Shown one piece after another: positions 50,198 to 60,739 of a DNA stretch of 64,000 bases. Positions within the stretch are counted from its first letter, which is position 1. Each line of letters begins with the position of its first letter. The position numbers were made by a program, and so were the translations under genes. The stretch comes from Tubulanus polymorphus (lineage: Eukaryota > Animalia > Nemertea), in contig NC_134031.1 of the NCBI RefSeq assembly GCF_964204645.1, positions 12,945,807-13,009,806 on the forward strand, written 5' to 3'. The notes beneath the pieces are model-generated. The model saw nothing but the letters and a program-made list of their open reading frames with translations. It was not told the origin of the DNA and searched no databases.

Positions 50198-50419
50198 ATG
50201 AGTGATAATAAGTGGATAATAACTGGATTATATAATGGCGCATTACTATCAGTTGGAACGGTTGGTTATTCAATGGTATTAAAAAAAGTATTCAAAATGG
50301 GAAGTGTTAATGTTGATAGATTTGATATCAATGATATTTTAAAGTTAACATTAGCAGTTACTTTATCTAATTTAACTATTGATTATTTGGAAAAACAAAA
50401 ATATATTCCTCCCATATAA
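50198..50419 (+). CDS. Small hydrophobic protein
   Basis: Homologue of 8506. Confidence 0.8.
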   Translation: MSDNKWIITGLYNGALLSVGTVGYSMVLKKVFKMGSVNVDRFDINDILKLTLAVTLSNLTIDYLEKQKYIPPI

Positions 50420-50443
50420 ATGCATAATTTTTTTGCTAAATAA

Positions 50444-50866
50444 ATGGCTTCTGCAATTATAACTATTATAGGATCGGCAATTGTTAACGCTTTAGCATTT
50501 ACTGGTGGTGGTTATTTATTTAAACATATTGATAAAAATAGTTCATTAGGAGAACAAAGAAGACATAACTTAGCGTTAGAGAAATACAATAAAGCTGCAG
50601 AAGAATATAGAGAAAAGAGACAAAACTATATGGATTACATCAATAAAGAATTATATGATCAGAAGATATCACACAGAGATTTTCAATCAGTTGATGATGC
50701 AATGAGTTTATATAACGCAGTAACAAATAAAGAAAAATTACATCTATACAAACCTAAATTATCAGATTATTATACCCCAAGTAAAGAACAACAGAAATAT
50801 GAAATAATATGGATTTTAGGTGGAACTGTTATTGTTATATTTGTTGCTTATAAATTTACTAATTAG
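50444..50866 (+). CDS. 140-aa membrane protein
   Basis: Homologue of 8752. Confidence 0.8.
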   Translation: MASAIITIIGSAIVNALAFTGGGYLFKHIDKNSSLGEQRRHNLALEKYNKAAEEYREKRQNYMDYINKELYDQKISHRDFQSVDDAMSLYNAVTNKEKLHLYKPKLSDYYTPSKEQQKYEIIWILGGTVIVIFVAYKFTN

Positions 50867-50886
50867 TAATTTTTTTTTCTAAATAA

Positions 50887-51321
50887 ATGGAAGATAAAGT
50901 TGATAGTATTGATATTATTCCTCATGATATAAATAAAACTAAATTAAAAACATATTTAGAAAAACAAATATTAGAATTTGAAAGTGACTTAAAGATAAAA
51001 AAGAAAAAATATTTAAAAAGTAAAATTATATATTATTTGATTATAAGTGGTTCGGTTACAATTAGTTCTGTGATAACATTTTTAGCAATATTCAGCCCAT
51101 TAACACCTTTAGCTATATCAATTGGTGTATTAGGATTAAGTTCAAGTGTTTTAACCGGTATAAGTTCAAAATTAAATATAAAAAGTAATAAAGAAAAAAT
51201 AAAATCTAATATAAAAGAAATTAATAAATTAAAGAATACACTAGATTATATAATAAGTTTAAATGGTCATATAACAGTTGAAGAACAAGATAAATTATTA
51301 AAAGAATTAATAAATTATTAA
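50887..51321 (+). CDS. Two-TM membrane protein
   Basis: Homologue of 9195. Confidence 0.8.
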   Translation: MEDKVDSIDIIPHDINKTKLKTYLEKQILEFESDLKIKKKKYLKSKIIYYLIISGSVTISSVITFLAIFSPLTPLAISIGVLGLSSSVLTGISSKLNIKSNKEKIKSNIKEINKLKNTLDYIISLNGHITVEEQDKLLKELINY

Positions 51322-51338
51322 TTTTTTTAATTATATAA

Positions 51339-52707
51339 ATGGTAGATAGTTTTCCAAAAGCTTTCCAATATAATAAATCAATTAAATATAATATTCCAAC
51401 AATAGATTTTAATAAAGATATTACATATAGAAATGAAGTTTTAGATTCATTAACTAATTTAGAAATTTATGTTACTGAAACTAATAATTTTAATGCAAAG
51501 ATGGAAAATATATTTCATGTATATTTGATTAATTTTAAAAAATTGAAAGATGAAAAACAATGGTTATTAAAATCTAATATGAAATTTTGCTGTTTATTGT
51601 GCAACAACAGGATGTGGAATTAGTTGGAATGATCATTTGAATAATTCTAAATATAAATTAATTCAAAGTTTATTTAGATTTCATACATACTTTCAAATCA
51701 GAATAATATTAAATGAATTAGAGTGCGCTTTACCAGGATCTAGGTATTTCAAAGAATTAGATAATAATATTAATTTATCTAAGTTTTATAAGATTTGCAA
51801 TGAATTTAATATAGATATAAATAATTCTGATTTTAGAACAAAAATTGGAACAATAAGATCACTTCCATGCCCTAGAAAGATTGCAGAATATTGTGCACTT
51901 CCCATACCATCTAATAGCTTTTATAATATCTATAATAATAAATTAGGTTATGGTAAAATAGAAACAAAGGATTTAGAAACATTAAATTTCAATAAATTAC
52001 CGAAATTTTATGATAATTTAAAACAAGAAAACAATAATGGTTGGGTTTATTTCATTTTAGAAAATAGTGAAGGTTTTACTAAATCAGGTATAGAAAGAAT
52101 AAATCAATCTATTAGAACTTATTTGATATGTATTCTAGGATCACAGGTTGAAACAAGATCCCCAATAATTGGAAATTTAAATACATCATTTGATACACAG
52201 AAACAATTCAAAGTATTATTTGAAGATTCAATTCATAATGATAAAAATAGATCGATTCCAGAAAACATTGTAAGATATCAAAATTATTTAGATAAATCAC
52301 ATATTAGATTAAATTATTGTATAGGCCCTAATCTATTAATTATTTCTGATGATTTAGTACTAAAGATGGGAAATATAATTGGTTATAATAATCTAATTAA
52401 AACTGCAACAATAAATAATTCATTTGGATTAAATGATATAAATAAAAAGATTATCACTGCTCCAAAATTAATGGAAGGTGAAAAAAATAAAAAACACATT
52501 CAATCAACTGAAACTAAAACTAATAATATTAAATTAAATAATGATTCTAAAATAAAAGATTACAATACATCAGAAAATATAAAAACTGATATTATTCAAC
52601 ATGATATAATTAAACTAAATGACGATAATAAATCCCATGAAAATACTAAATTAGCTATAACTTGTATAGGAATTGTAATCGGAGGAATATTATATTTTAA
52701 ATTCTAA
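51339..52707 (+). pseudogene. Conserved ~450-aa protein, 20-bp deletion frameshift
   Basis: Lacks GTATTGGCAGAAGCAATTAA present in A near 9892. Confidence 0.78.
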
Positions 52708-52723
52708 TTTTTTTATTATGTAA

Positions 52724-54157
52724 ATGGATGTAGAAGGTGGAGAAGATTATGAAATGGGAGAAATGGGAAATAATAATGAAGGATATATTGATGATGATTA
52801 TAATGATGCAGAAACTAATATTGATAATGATGATGAATCAGCATATAATTCTAATTTAACTACACCTCAATATATTGATAAAACACGTTCAAAGATAAGT
52901 ATTGAAAATGAAGTACCAGAAATAACAGAAAAAGAATACAATTATAATGAAATTATTCATGAATTTAAACCAATATTAAAAAGATCTGGTTTCAATATAA
53001 CAAATAAAGGTATGAATTATTTAGTAAAAGATTTAAAATATTTAAATGGTGATTATTATTGGAAATTGAAAGGCGACTATTATTTTAAGATTTCAAATCT
53101 TAAAAGTAGCGATAAAATAATAACACAATCAACTTTTAATTTATTTAAACCAGATAGAATTAAGAAAATCATTGATGATGTTATAACTGATGTTACACAA
53201 GAAGAAAGAGATTATAATATAAAAGAATTTAAACAAAGAAATGCTAATTTTTTTAAGATAATTAATGAAAATTTAAGACAAAAAAAAATTCCTAAAGAAG
53301 TTATTAATTCCAAAACTAGTAAACCTAATTCAAGCGAAGTTCAAACTGAAAAACTTTTACCAAATGGATTACTTGATGCAACAGATCAACAATTAGAAGA
53401 TTTAAATATATTTTCTGATAAAGCAATTAGAGAAATTACTAGTATAAGACTTGCATCTAATAAAATTGCGCATGATAAAAGTATAAGAGATTTTAAAATT
53501 AGAACTTTAGAAAAAGAATTAACTGATAAAGATAAAGAAATAGAACAATTAAAGTCTGATTTAGATCATCAAGTAATTGATGAAATAGAATATAAGCAAA
53601 AAGAATTACGTTTAGAAAAAGAAATAGATGATTTAAAATATAACAAAGAATTACAAAAAGAAGAAAGAGATACATTGTTAAAATCATATGATTATAATAT
53701 TAATAGATTAAAAGTTATTTTTAAAGATTTGTTGATTAAACCAAATTCTGAAATATCATTAAAAGACAGAATAAGATTATTATTTGAATTAGAAGGAATA
53801 ACAATTCTTTCAATTCTAACAGCTGTAACTATGTTATTTACAACAATTGGTTTAGCTATATCAAATGCTTTAAAATCTACTCCTACTCCCACTCCAAATA
53901 AACCAGATAAACCTCCAGGTAATAATTCTATACAAGATAAAGTTAAAGATGGTTTAAAGAAATTAGCAAAATATTTATGGGAACTATCTAAAAAATCTGC
54001 TGCAGCTTTACCAGGAGTTATTGCATCAATTGTTGGTTTTATATTGAAATCTGCTGGGAATATTCTTAACTTTGCTGCTGAACATATTATTTTATTTTTA
54101 ATAACTGTTGTAAGTGCTATTATTTTTGGTTTAGTAAACATTATCAAAAATAAATAA
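52724..54157 (+). CDS. Acidic/coiled-coil/C-terminal TM protein (477 aa), intact
   Basis: EGITILSILTA..AAALPGVIASIV hydrophobic C-terminus conserved in all three. Confidence 0.8.
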   Translation: MDVEGGEDYEMGEMGNNNEGYIDDDYNDAETNIDNDDESAYNSNLTTPQYIDKTRSKISIENEVPEITEKEYNYNEIIHEFKPILKRSGFNITNKGMNYLVKDLKYLNGDYYWKLKGDYYFKISNLKSSDKIITQSTFNLFKPDRIKKIIDDVITDVTQEERDYNIKEFKQRNANFFKIINENLRQKKIPKEVINSKTSKPNSSEVQTEKLLPNGLLDATDQQLEDLNIFSDKAIREITSIRLASNKIAHDKSIRDFKIRTLEKELTDKDKEIEQLKSDLDHQVIDEIEYKQKELRLEKEIDDLKYNKELQKEERDTLLKSYDYNINRLKVIFKDLLIKPNSEISLKDRIRLLFELEGITILSILTAVTMLFTTIGLAISNALKSTPTPTPNKPDKPPGNNSIQDKVKDGLKKLAKYLWELSKKSAAALPGVIASIVGFILKSAGNILNFAAEHIILFLITVVSAIIFGLVNIIKNK

Positions 54158-54177
54158 TTAATTTTTTTGTTTAATAA

Positions 54178-55451
54178 ATGAGTGGGAGTTATATAAGTCC
54201 TTCTAAGATTTCTAGAATATCTAATGCTATTAAAGCAGAAAGATCACATCATATAATTACTCATAACCCTTCAAATATTAATCCCGATGAAACTTTATAC
54301 GTTAGAATCCCTCGATTAACACAAAATACTTTTTATGTTCCAAATAGTATTTATTTATCGGCCGATATAAAAGTAATTGGTCATGATAATAATTATGTTG
54401 TTGATAATGTTGGAAGATATTTGATTAAAAAATTAACTATAAAGATTGGTCCGGAAACAGTTTTCTCATTAGATGATTATAATTTATTTATGCATTATAA
54501 AGATTTATGGTTAACTAAAGAAAATAGAAATAATATGATATTTCAAGGCATCCAATCGGAAAACCATAATAAATTAAGATCTGAAGCCAATAATGCAGTA
54601 GTAACTCGTGCCACAGATAATTTGATTAAAAAGATTTATGGAAGCAAATATAAAATTCCATTAGACTTTGAATTGATAAATAATAATGCACCTTTATATA
54701 AATACGCAATTCAAGAAGATATTATATTTGAGATAACATTTGCTCCTGTAAATGAAATTGTATTATCTAGCGTTGTTAAAGATATGGGTTATAAATTATC
54801 GTTAAAGATATGGGTTATAAATTATCGAATATATGTTTAGAATATAACACAGTAACTAATGAAAATATTGCTAGCACAATTCAAACTCAATACAATCAAG
54901 GATTTTCATTATTATATGATTATATTGATAAATTTAAAACTGTAACTATTAATGCAAATGATGAAATAATTAATGAGAATATTAACTTCCCAAGAAGATC
55001 TATTAAAGGTATATTAATATTTTTTACTATTGCAACATATTCTAATGGTGCAATAAATGTTGATAATTATTATAATCCTGAAATAACAAAAGTAGAAATA
55101 ACTATCGAAGGAATAGCGAATAAAATATTTTGCCAAGGAATGAGAATGATTGATCAATGGCCAGAAATTAGAAAACATTTTATGAATGAAAAAGTAAAAT
55201 CATTTGAAAATTGTAATATTAATCAAATTGATTATTGTACCGGTAATAAATATGCATTATGGTTAGATTTTAGAACAACAGAAGATAATTCATTACATGG
55301 TTCTGGAAAAAAACTACAAAACACTAAAGATGGAATACAATTATTCATGACAAAGAATAAAGGAATCAAAAATTTTAAAATGCACATTTATATTATATCT
55401 GACGCGCAATTAAATATTGTAAATTCACAATTAGATAGTATTCAATATTAG
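54178..55451 (+). pseudogene. Major capsid protein (C), frameshifted by 26-bp tandem duplication
   Basis: GTTAAAGATATGGGTTATAAATTATC repeated at 54775-54826. Confidence 0.85.
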
Positions 55452-55481
55452 AAATATAAAGTTAAAATTAAGGATATATAA

Positions 55482-56609
55482 ATGGGTGGTAAAAAAACTC
55501 CTAATACTAAAGAACAATATTTAAGAAATTTATATTACAACCCTGAGAGTTCGGTTGCTTATTCTTCTACTAAAAATATATGGCGTAAAGTAAAACAAGA
55601 TAAATTAGATAAGATAATCCCACAAAATTTAGTTAAATATAAAGATATAAATGAATTTATGTTAGAACAACCAACGTATACAACACATAAAAAAATTGTT
55701 AGAAAATATAAAACTCGTAAAACTATGGTAAGTTATGTAGATCAACAGTGGCAAGGAGATTTAATTGATATGAAAAATGTTAAGAAAGATAATGATGATT
55801 ATTGGTGGTTATTGAATATAATTGATATTTTTAGTCGTTATGTATGGAGCTTCCCACTTTATAGAAAAGATGCTGTACAAACATCAAATGTTTTAAGAAA
55901 ATTTCTTTCGGATGATAAACTAAATCCAGAAAAAATACAATTTGATGATGGAAAAGAGTTTGATAATTCACTTGTTCATGAACTCTTAGATAATCATAAT
56001 ATTAAATATTTTTCAACAAAATCAGATAAAAAAGCAGCAGTTGTTGAACGATTTAATAGAACATTAAGAACAAGAATGTGGAAATATTTTACAGCAAATA
56101 ATACTTTTAAATGGATTGATGTTTTACCAAAATTGATAGAAGGATATAATAATTCTTATCATTCTTCTATTGGAATGAAACCTATTGATGCTAGAAAATC
56201 TGAAAATGCTGAAATTGTTTGGAATAATTTATATGGAGCATTTCTTATAGATGATTTTGGTGAACCTAAATTTAAAGTTGGTCAAAATGTTAGAATTTCT
56301 AAGTATAAAAAGATATTTGATAAAGGATACGATCGAAATTTTACTAGAGAAATATATAAAATAAAAAAGGTAATAACAACAAAACCATATGTCTATAAAT
56401 TAGAAGATTTAGATGGTGAAGAAGTTGATGGCTACTTTTACGAAGAAGAATTAAGTTGAACTACTGAAAATCTAGAACAAGAATATAAAATTGAAAAAGT
56501 ATTAAAAACAAAAACTATTAAAAGAAAAAAATATTCTTTAGTAAAATGGGTTGGATGGCCAGATAAATTCAATGAATGGATATTATCAAGTAAAATTAAA
56601 AATATATAA
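55482..56609 (+). CDS. Integrase (C); chromodomain follows an in-frame TGA at 56457
   Basis: WQGDLIDM, QFDDGKEF, VERFNRTL; downstream YKIEKVL..VKWVGWPDKFNEWI in the same frame. Confidence 0.9.
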
Positions 56610-57218
56610 ATGAATAAGGAATTATTCATATTTGAGCCTCATAATATGTTAATTTCTGGTGTAACAAATTGTGGAAAAACTTATTTTATATTAAATTTAT
56701 TAGAAACTGTTTACAAAAACTATTTTGATAATATAGTATTATTTTGTCCAACATATGAATTTAATCAAACTTATGATAGAAATATTACTAGGAATAATAA
56801 ATTTATTATATTAGATCCTAAAACAGTAAAAGAAAATTTAGATAATTGTATTAAAATAGCAATTGATATTTATAAAGGATCAAATACATTATTTATCATA
56901 GATGATTGTGCAAATTTACATGATTCAAAAGTTAGAGAAAGTGAGTTATGCTATTTAGCTTTCTCTGGGAGACATTTTGGGATAACAACTTGGGTTTTAA
57001 ATCAAAAATATAATTCAATTGTTAAAGACTTTAGAGAAAACATTAGATTTCTAGTTTTATTCTACAATAAAGATAGAAAATCGATGAAAAATGCACTTGA
57101 GGAAAATGATATTATTCCACATGATTTACATAATGAATATATGGATAAGTTGAAAAATATTAAAAGATCAAAATTACTATTTAGATTACAACACCCATTT
57201 AAATATGAATTTATTTAA
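56610..57218 (+). CDS. Packaging ATPase (C)
   Basis: GVTNCGKT, LFIIDD, GRHFG. Confidence 0.92.
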   Translation: MNKELFIFEPHNMLISGVTNCGKTYFILNLLETVYKNYFDNIVLFCPTYEFNQTYDRNITRNNKFIILDPKTVKENLDNCIKIAIDIYKGSNTLFIIDDCANLHDSKVRESELCYLAFSGRHFGITTWVLNQKYNSIVKDFRENIRFLVLFYNKDRKSMKNALEENDIIPHDLHNEYMDKLKNIKRSKLLFRLQHPFKYEFI

Positions 57219-57224
57219 ATTCAA

Positions 57225-57470
57225 TTAGTTTGTTAATCTAGTTGAATTCTAGTTATTGGTAGTTGTAACAAAAATCAAATAGATTTAATAATATTTTAAC
57301 TAGCTTGTTAATCTATTTTAATTCTAGTTACATTCTAGTTGAATTCTAGTTGTTAGTAGTTGAAACAAAAATCAACTAGATTTAACAAGAAATAAACAAA
57401 CACAACAATATTTCAACTAGCTTGTTAATCTAGTTGAATTCTAGTTACATTCTAGTTGAATTCTAGTTGC
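57225..57470. repeat. CTAGTTGAATTCTAGTT iteron array
   Basis: Multiple copies, some inverted, between ATPase and 201-aa gene. Confidence 0.85.
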
Positions 57471-57502
57471 AACATCACACAATTAATTTTTTTGTTATAT
57501 AA

Positions 57503-58108
57503 ATGGGAGGTGAAAAGAAAATAAAATCTAAAAATGGTGATGTTCCAATTGAAAAAACTTTAGATGATTTAGGAATAACAGAAACAAAATTAACTCCAGA
57601 TGATGGTGCTTTAAATATTGTTACAACAAATAATAATTATGAATATTATCTTTATTGTAAACATCAATTAGAACTATTAATAGCATCTGGAAAATGTAAA
57701 AATTTTGTCGGTAAAAATTTAACTTATAATGAATTAGATACAATGAAATCAGATGAAATTATTAGATTATTTAAGATTTATGAAGCCGCGAGAACAGCTA
57801 GAATTAATGACGCGATATCAGAAAATGTAGTAAAAGGTTATAGTAAATTATGTAATTATATACTACCAATTGAAGATGAAAATAGATTATATTCCGATTT
57901 AAAAAATGATTATTTAGTTATGACTGAATTAAATAAATGGATTGGATATTTATCATTTCAATTAGGTGGATTTATGACATTATTATCAACTGGGGTTATA
58001 ACATTTTCAAATATTGAAAGTAAAAATATTTCTATAATAAATGAGCGAGGTGAAAGAAGTGAAGGAATTAACTGTGAAGAAAAAACCGAGAACTCAGAAA
58101 CAAATTGA
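57503..58108 (+). CDS. Hypothetical 201-aa protein
   Basis: Homologue of 39324. Confidence 0.8.
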   Translation: MGGEKKIKSKNGDVPIEKTLDDLGITETKLTPDDGALNIVTTNNNYEYYLYCKHQLELLIASGKCKNFVGKNLTYNELDTMKSDEIIRLFKIYEAARTARINDAISENVVKGYSKLCNYILPIEDENRLYSDLKNDYLVMTELNKWIGYLSFQLGGFMTLLSTGVITFSNIESKNISIINERGERSEGINCEEKTENSETN

Positions 58109-58409
58109 ATGGTCTCGACAATTAGGAATTAAATCACAAGAATATAAAAAAGCTGTAAAAGAAAAAATAAGTAATAAAAATGTTAATAAAAATGGTGAAA
58201 ATATTGTTATTTCTACTCCTTCTGATAATAGAATATTTGATAAATATTTATATTTTACAGTTGGATTTGTAATTGTATTCATTTTGATTGGGTGTAATTG
58301 GTATAAGAAATCAAATAAAATTCATGATATTAGTAATTCTGAAACAACTGCTATCAAAAATGAAAATACTTCTGAAATTCCAAAATTGATAATAAAAAAA
58401 ATGGATTAA
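58041..58409 (+). CDS. Single-TM protein (122 aa)
   Basis: Homologue of 39919. Confidence 0.8.
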   Translation: MSEVKEVKELTVKKKPRTQKQIEWSRQLGIKSQEYKKAVKEKISNKNVNKNGENIVISTPSDNRIFDKYLYFTVGFVIVFILIGCNWYKKSNKIHDISNSETTAIKNENTSEIPKLIIKKMD

Positions 58410-58825
58410 TATTTTAGAAAAAAAGCAAAAAAAATAATTGAATATCTCACTACTTTTGTCTATCTATGCGGAGCAATTAAATTGTCCAGATAAGTCATTT
58501 CGGATTCTAGATATTCATTATTTTTATTAATTTATTTTGTTTTTATTTGAATATTTGAATTCGTTAATCAATTAACATAGTAATTGATTACTAATTTGAT
58601 TAAAAATTATATCATAATTAAGTTAAAAATACATAATTCATTTATCAGTTTTCATTCTTACATTCTTTTCATTCGGAATAATTTATAATTTCAAATTTCA
58701 CATATTTTTTTAGCACCAACAACATTTACTTAGGTGTTTTAGCTAAGTATATAAGGTAATTCATTCAACCACTGGAGTAGCTCTGGCCAGCAGAGGCATT
58801 TTGATTATGCACCTTCGTCCACTCT

Positions 58826-59010
58826 CCGGGTTTCTCCTTCGGTTTCGAATTTCGAGGTTGGTAGAAATTACATTAGGCGCCTTTAATATAATGTGATTTC
58901 TACCAATCATTGAAGGAGATCCCGGTTGACGTGGGTCGCCGGGGGTGTAAGTAGAAATGACGGGGGATAAGCGTCCCGTGGCGCCTTTCAATAATGGGAT
59001 GCTTATCCCC
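58826..59010 (+). ncRNA. Candidate structured RNA: two hairpins with a shared loop motif
   Basis: 18-bp and 15-17-bp stems with only G-U deviations on the + strand; both loops contain GGCGCCTTT. Confidence 0.45.
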
Positions 59011-59382
59011 TGAAAACTCTGTAGGTCGAAGATAGGGCAATTTTGCTAAAACTTACCGTAAAAACATTGAAATATTCCTTTTAATCACGAGAGAATGATG
59101 ACTATCCTCCTGTCGTCACGGCCGAGCTAATTTAAATAAACCTCGTTTTCAGCAACTAATGAAAACGCAGTAGTTCAATACCGGCTAACTGGCTTGTGTG
59201 TGTTGTATGTACTATGTGCTTATTATAACAACAACGTTGTGCAACACCTGTTTGATTGATCAATATTCAAATGAAGCACTCTCTTATAATAATATGTAAC
59301 AGATGTACTGTATGATTATAGTTGTTTATAAAACGACTAAGGTCATTTTGGATTCTAGATATTCATTATTTTTATTTCTTAT

Positions 59383-59709
59383 TTAATCAACAATTTCTAA
59401 ATCATGATGACCGTCTTCATTTTTCCCATGATATATTATTTTAAATCCTACTAAATCTTTCAATTCCTCTGTACTCAATGAAACCCATTTATCGGGTAAA
59501 AACACTTTAAATTCTCGTGATGTACTAACATTACAGTAGCTTAAATTAGCTGATACTTTCTCTCCATATTTAGTTTTTATCTTTTCTAATTTCAATATTT
59601 TATGTTCAATTTCTTTTGTAACATCAACTAACTTTTTTATTTCAAATTGTTTTTTTGCTGGTTTTATTCTGTTATTTATTGTTGCTAAGAATGCTTTTCT
59701 ATCTCCCAT
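59383..59709 (-). CDS. 108-aa distant homologue of the 117-aa protein
   Basis: TKYGEK, FLPDKW, YHGKNEDGHH versus NNYGDK, YLPDRF, YKGKNEKGHH. Confidence 0.75.
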   Translation of the reverse strand: MGDRKAFLATINNRIKPAKKQFEIKKLVDVTKEIEHKILKLEKIKTKYGEKVSANLSYCNVSTSREFKVFLPDKWVSLSTEELKDLVGFKIIYHGKNEDGHHDLEIVD

Positions 59710-59836
59710 TTATAAGGAAAAAAAATTACTTGTGGTGATGAGTGGTGTCTCGTACTCTCGTACTCTGATCTGAAAGCCCACTTTTCCAATTACTAGCCTA
59801 ATAAGAATGGAATGGGACAGGCAAACAATCTAACAC

Positions 59837-60020
59837 CATAGGGGTTTGGCGATGGGCTTGGATTTTATTTCCGGGTTGTTGATAATCTCGCGAGAATGGC
59901 GCTAAATATGAACTGCGAATAAATTCAAAATATCACGGAAATACCTTGTGTTTATATTGTTTATTTATCCGCTATAAAGTTCCGATAAAAGATTGGTCGT
60001 TAAGGATCATTATCAGACGC
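59837..60020 (+). mobile_element. Truncated arm of the MITE family at 388-1120
   Basis: CATAGGGG..GGCTTGGATTTTA.TTCCGGGTTGTTGATAATCTCGCGAGAATGGCGCTAAA. Confidence 0.85.
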
Positions 60021-60074
60021 TCTATATAAAATCATTGTTGTAAAAAATTGTTGTAAGTTATTCGAAAAAGAACA

Positions 60075-60738
60075 GTGATCGTCCTGTCACCTCAAAAACT
60101 AGTAGTTTTCATCATCCGGTTGGTGATGGAATGTCCAACAAATAGGACAGAGGTCAAGTTGTCTCCATCCACGTCTAAACCGATTATACCAATCAACGAC
60201 AATGTTGGAATAGGAGATTCGAACTCCGAGTGTCAACCAACTGTTCACTGTCAGGAACAACCTCCACCTTATGACACTTTAGGTGACACGTCAACCAACG
60301 ACATAGGGTCATTTTCCAGTCGGAACAATACTATTGGACAGGAGGCTTATTCCCCATCAATCATGGCGACTGCCGCCAACCGAGTGACTGGTAGTCATTT
60401 GGGGACACCGTTAAACATTTTGATTGATACGGGTGCCGAAATTTCTGTACTGTCAAACAATTACTTCATCAATCATCCTCAGATATCGGGCCCTCTGCAG
60501 GTGGGACAATTTCAGTCCGTCCGTGGGGTAGATGGTACTAAATTTGATTTAAAAGGTGTTATTTCCGTAGATTTTGTATTAGGAAATTTGGACGTGTCAC
60601 ATTCTATGTACGTGGTGGATGGAGTCACCTCGGACTTTATTCTCGGAGCCGATTTCCTGGAACAAAACCAGGCAGTTATCGATTATGCTAAAAAGGCTCT
60701 CTTGTTGCCAGGCTCCGACGTAATTTACTTTGGTCTCA
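60075..60738 (+). pseudogene. Gypsy-type aspartic protease fragment
   Basis: LIDTGAEISV and ILGADFL. Confidence 0.85.
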
Positions 60739-60739
60739 G

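Larger units (their letters stand above)
42603..59794 (+). mobile_element. Maverick/Polinton element C, full length (17.2 kb)
   Basis: 67-bp perfect TIRs (42603-42669, 59728-59794); TSD AGCCTA at 42597-42602 and 59795-59800. Confidence 0.97.

Noticed and set aside
57225-57470. Repeat arrays as possible CRISPR-like loci (also 14900-15212)
   Set aside because: No regular unique spacers, no cas genes, eukaryotic context
58761-58991. 76-aa ORF across the GC-rich hairpins
   Set aside because: Non-ATG start, composition unlike viral genes, no homologue in B
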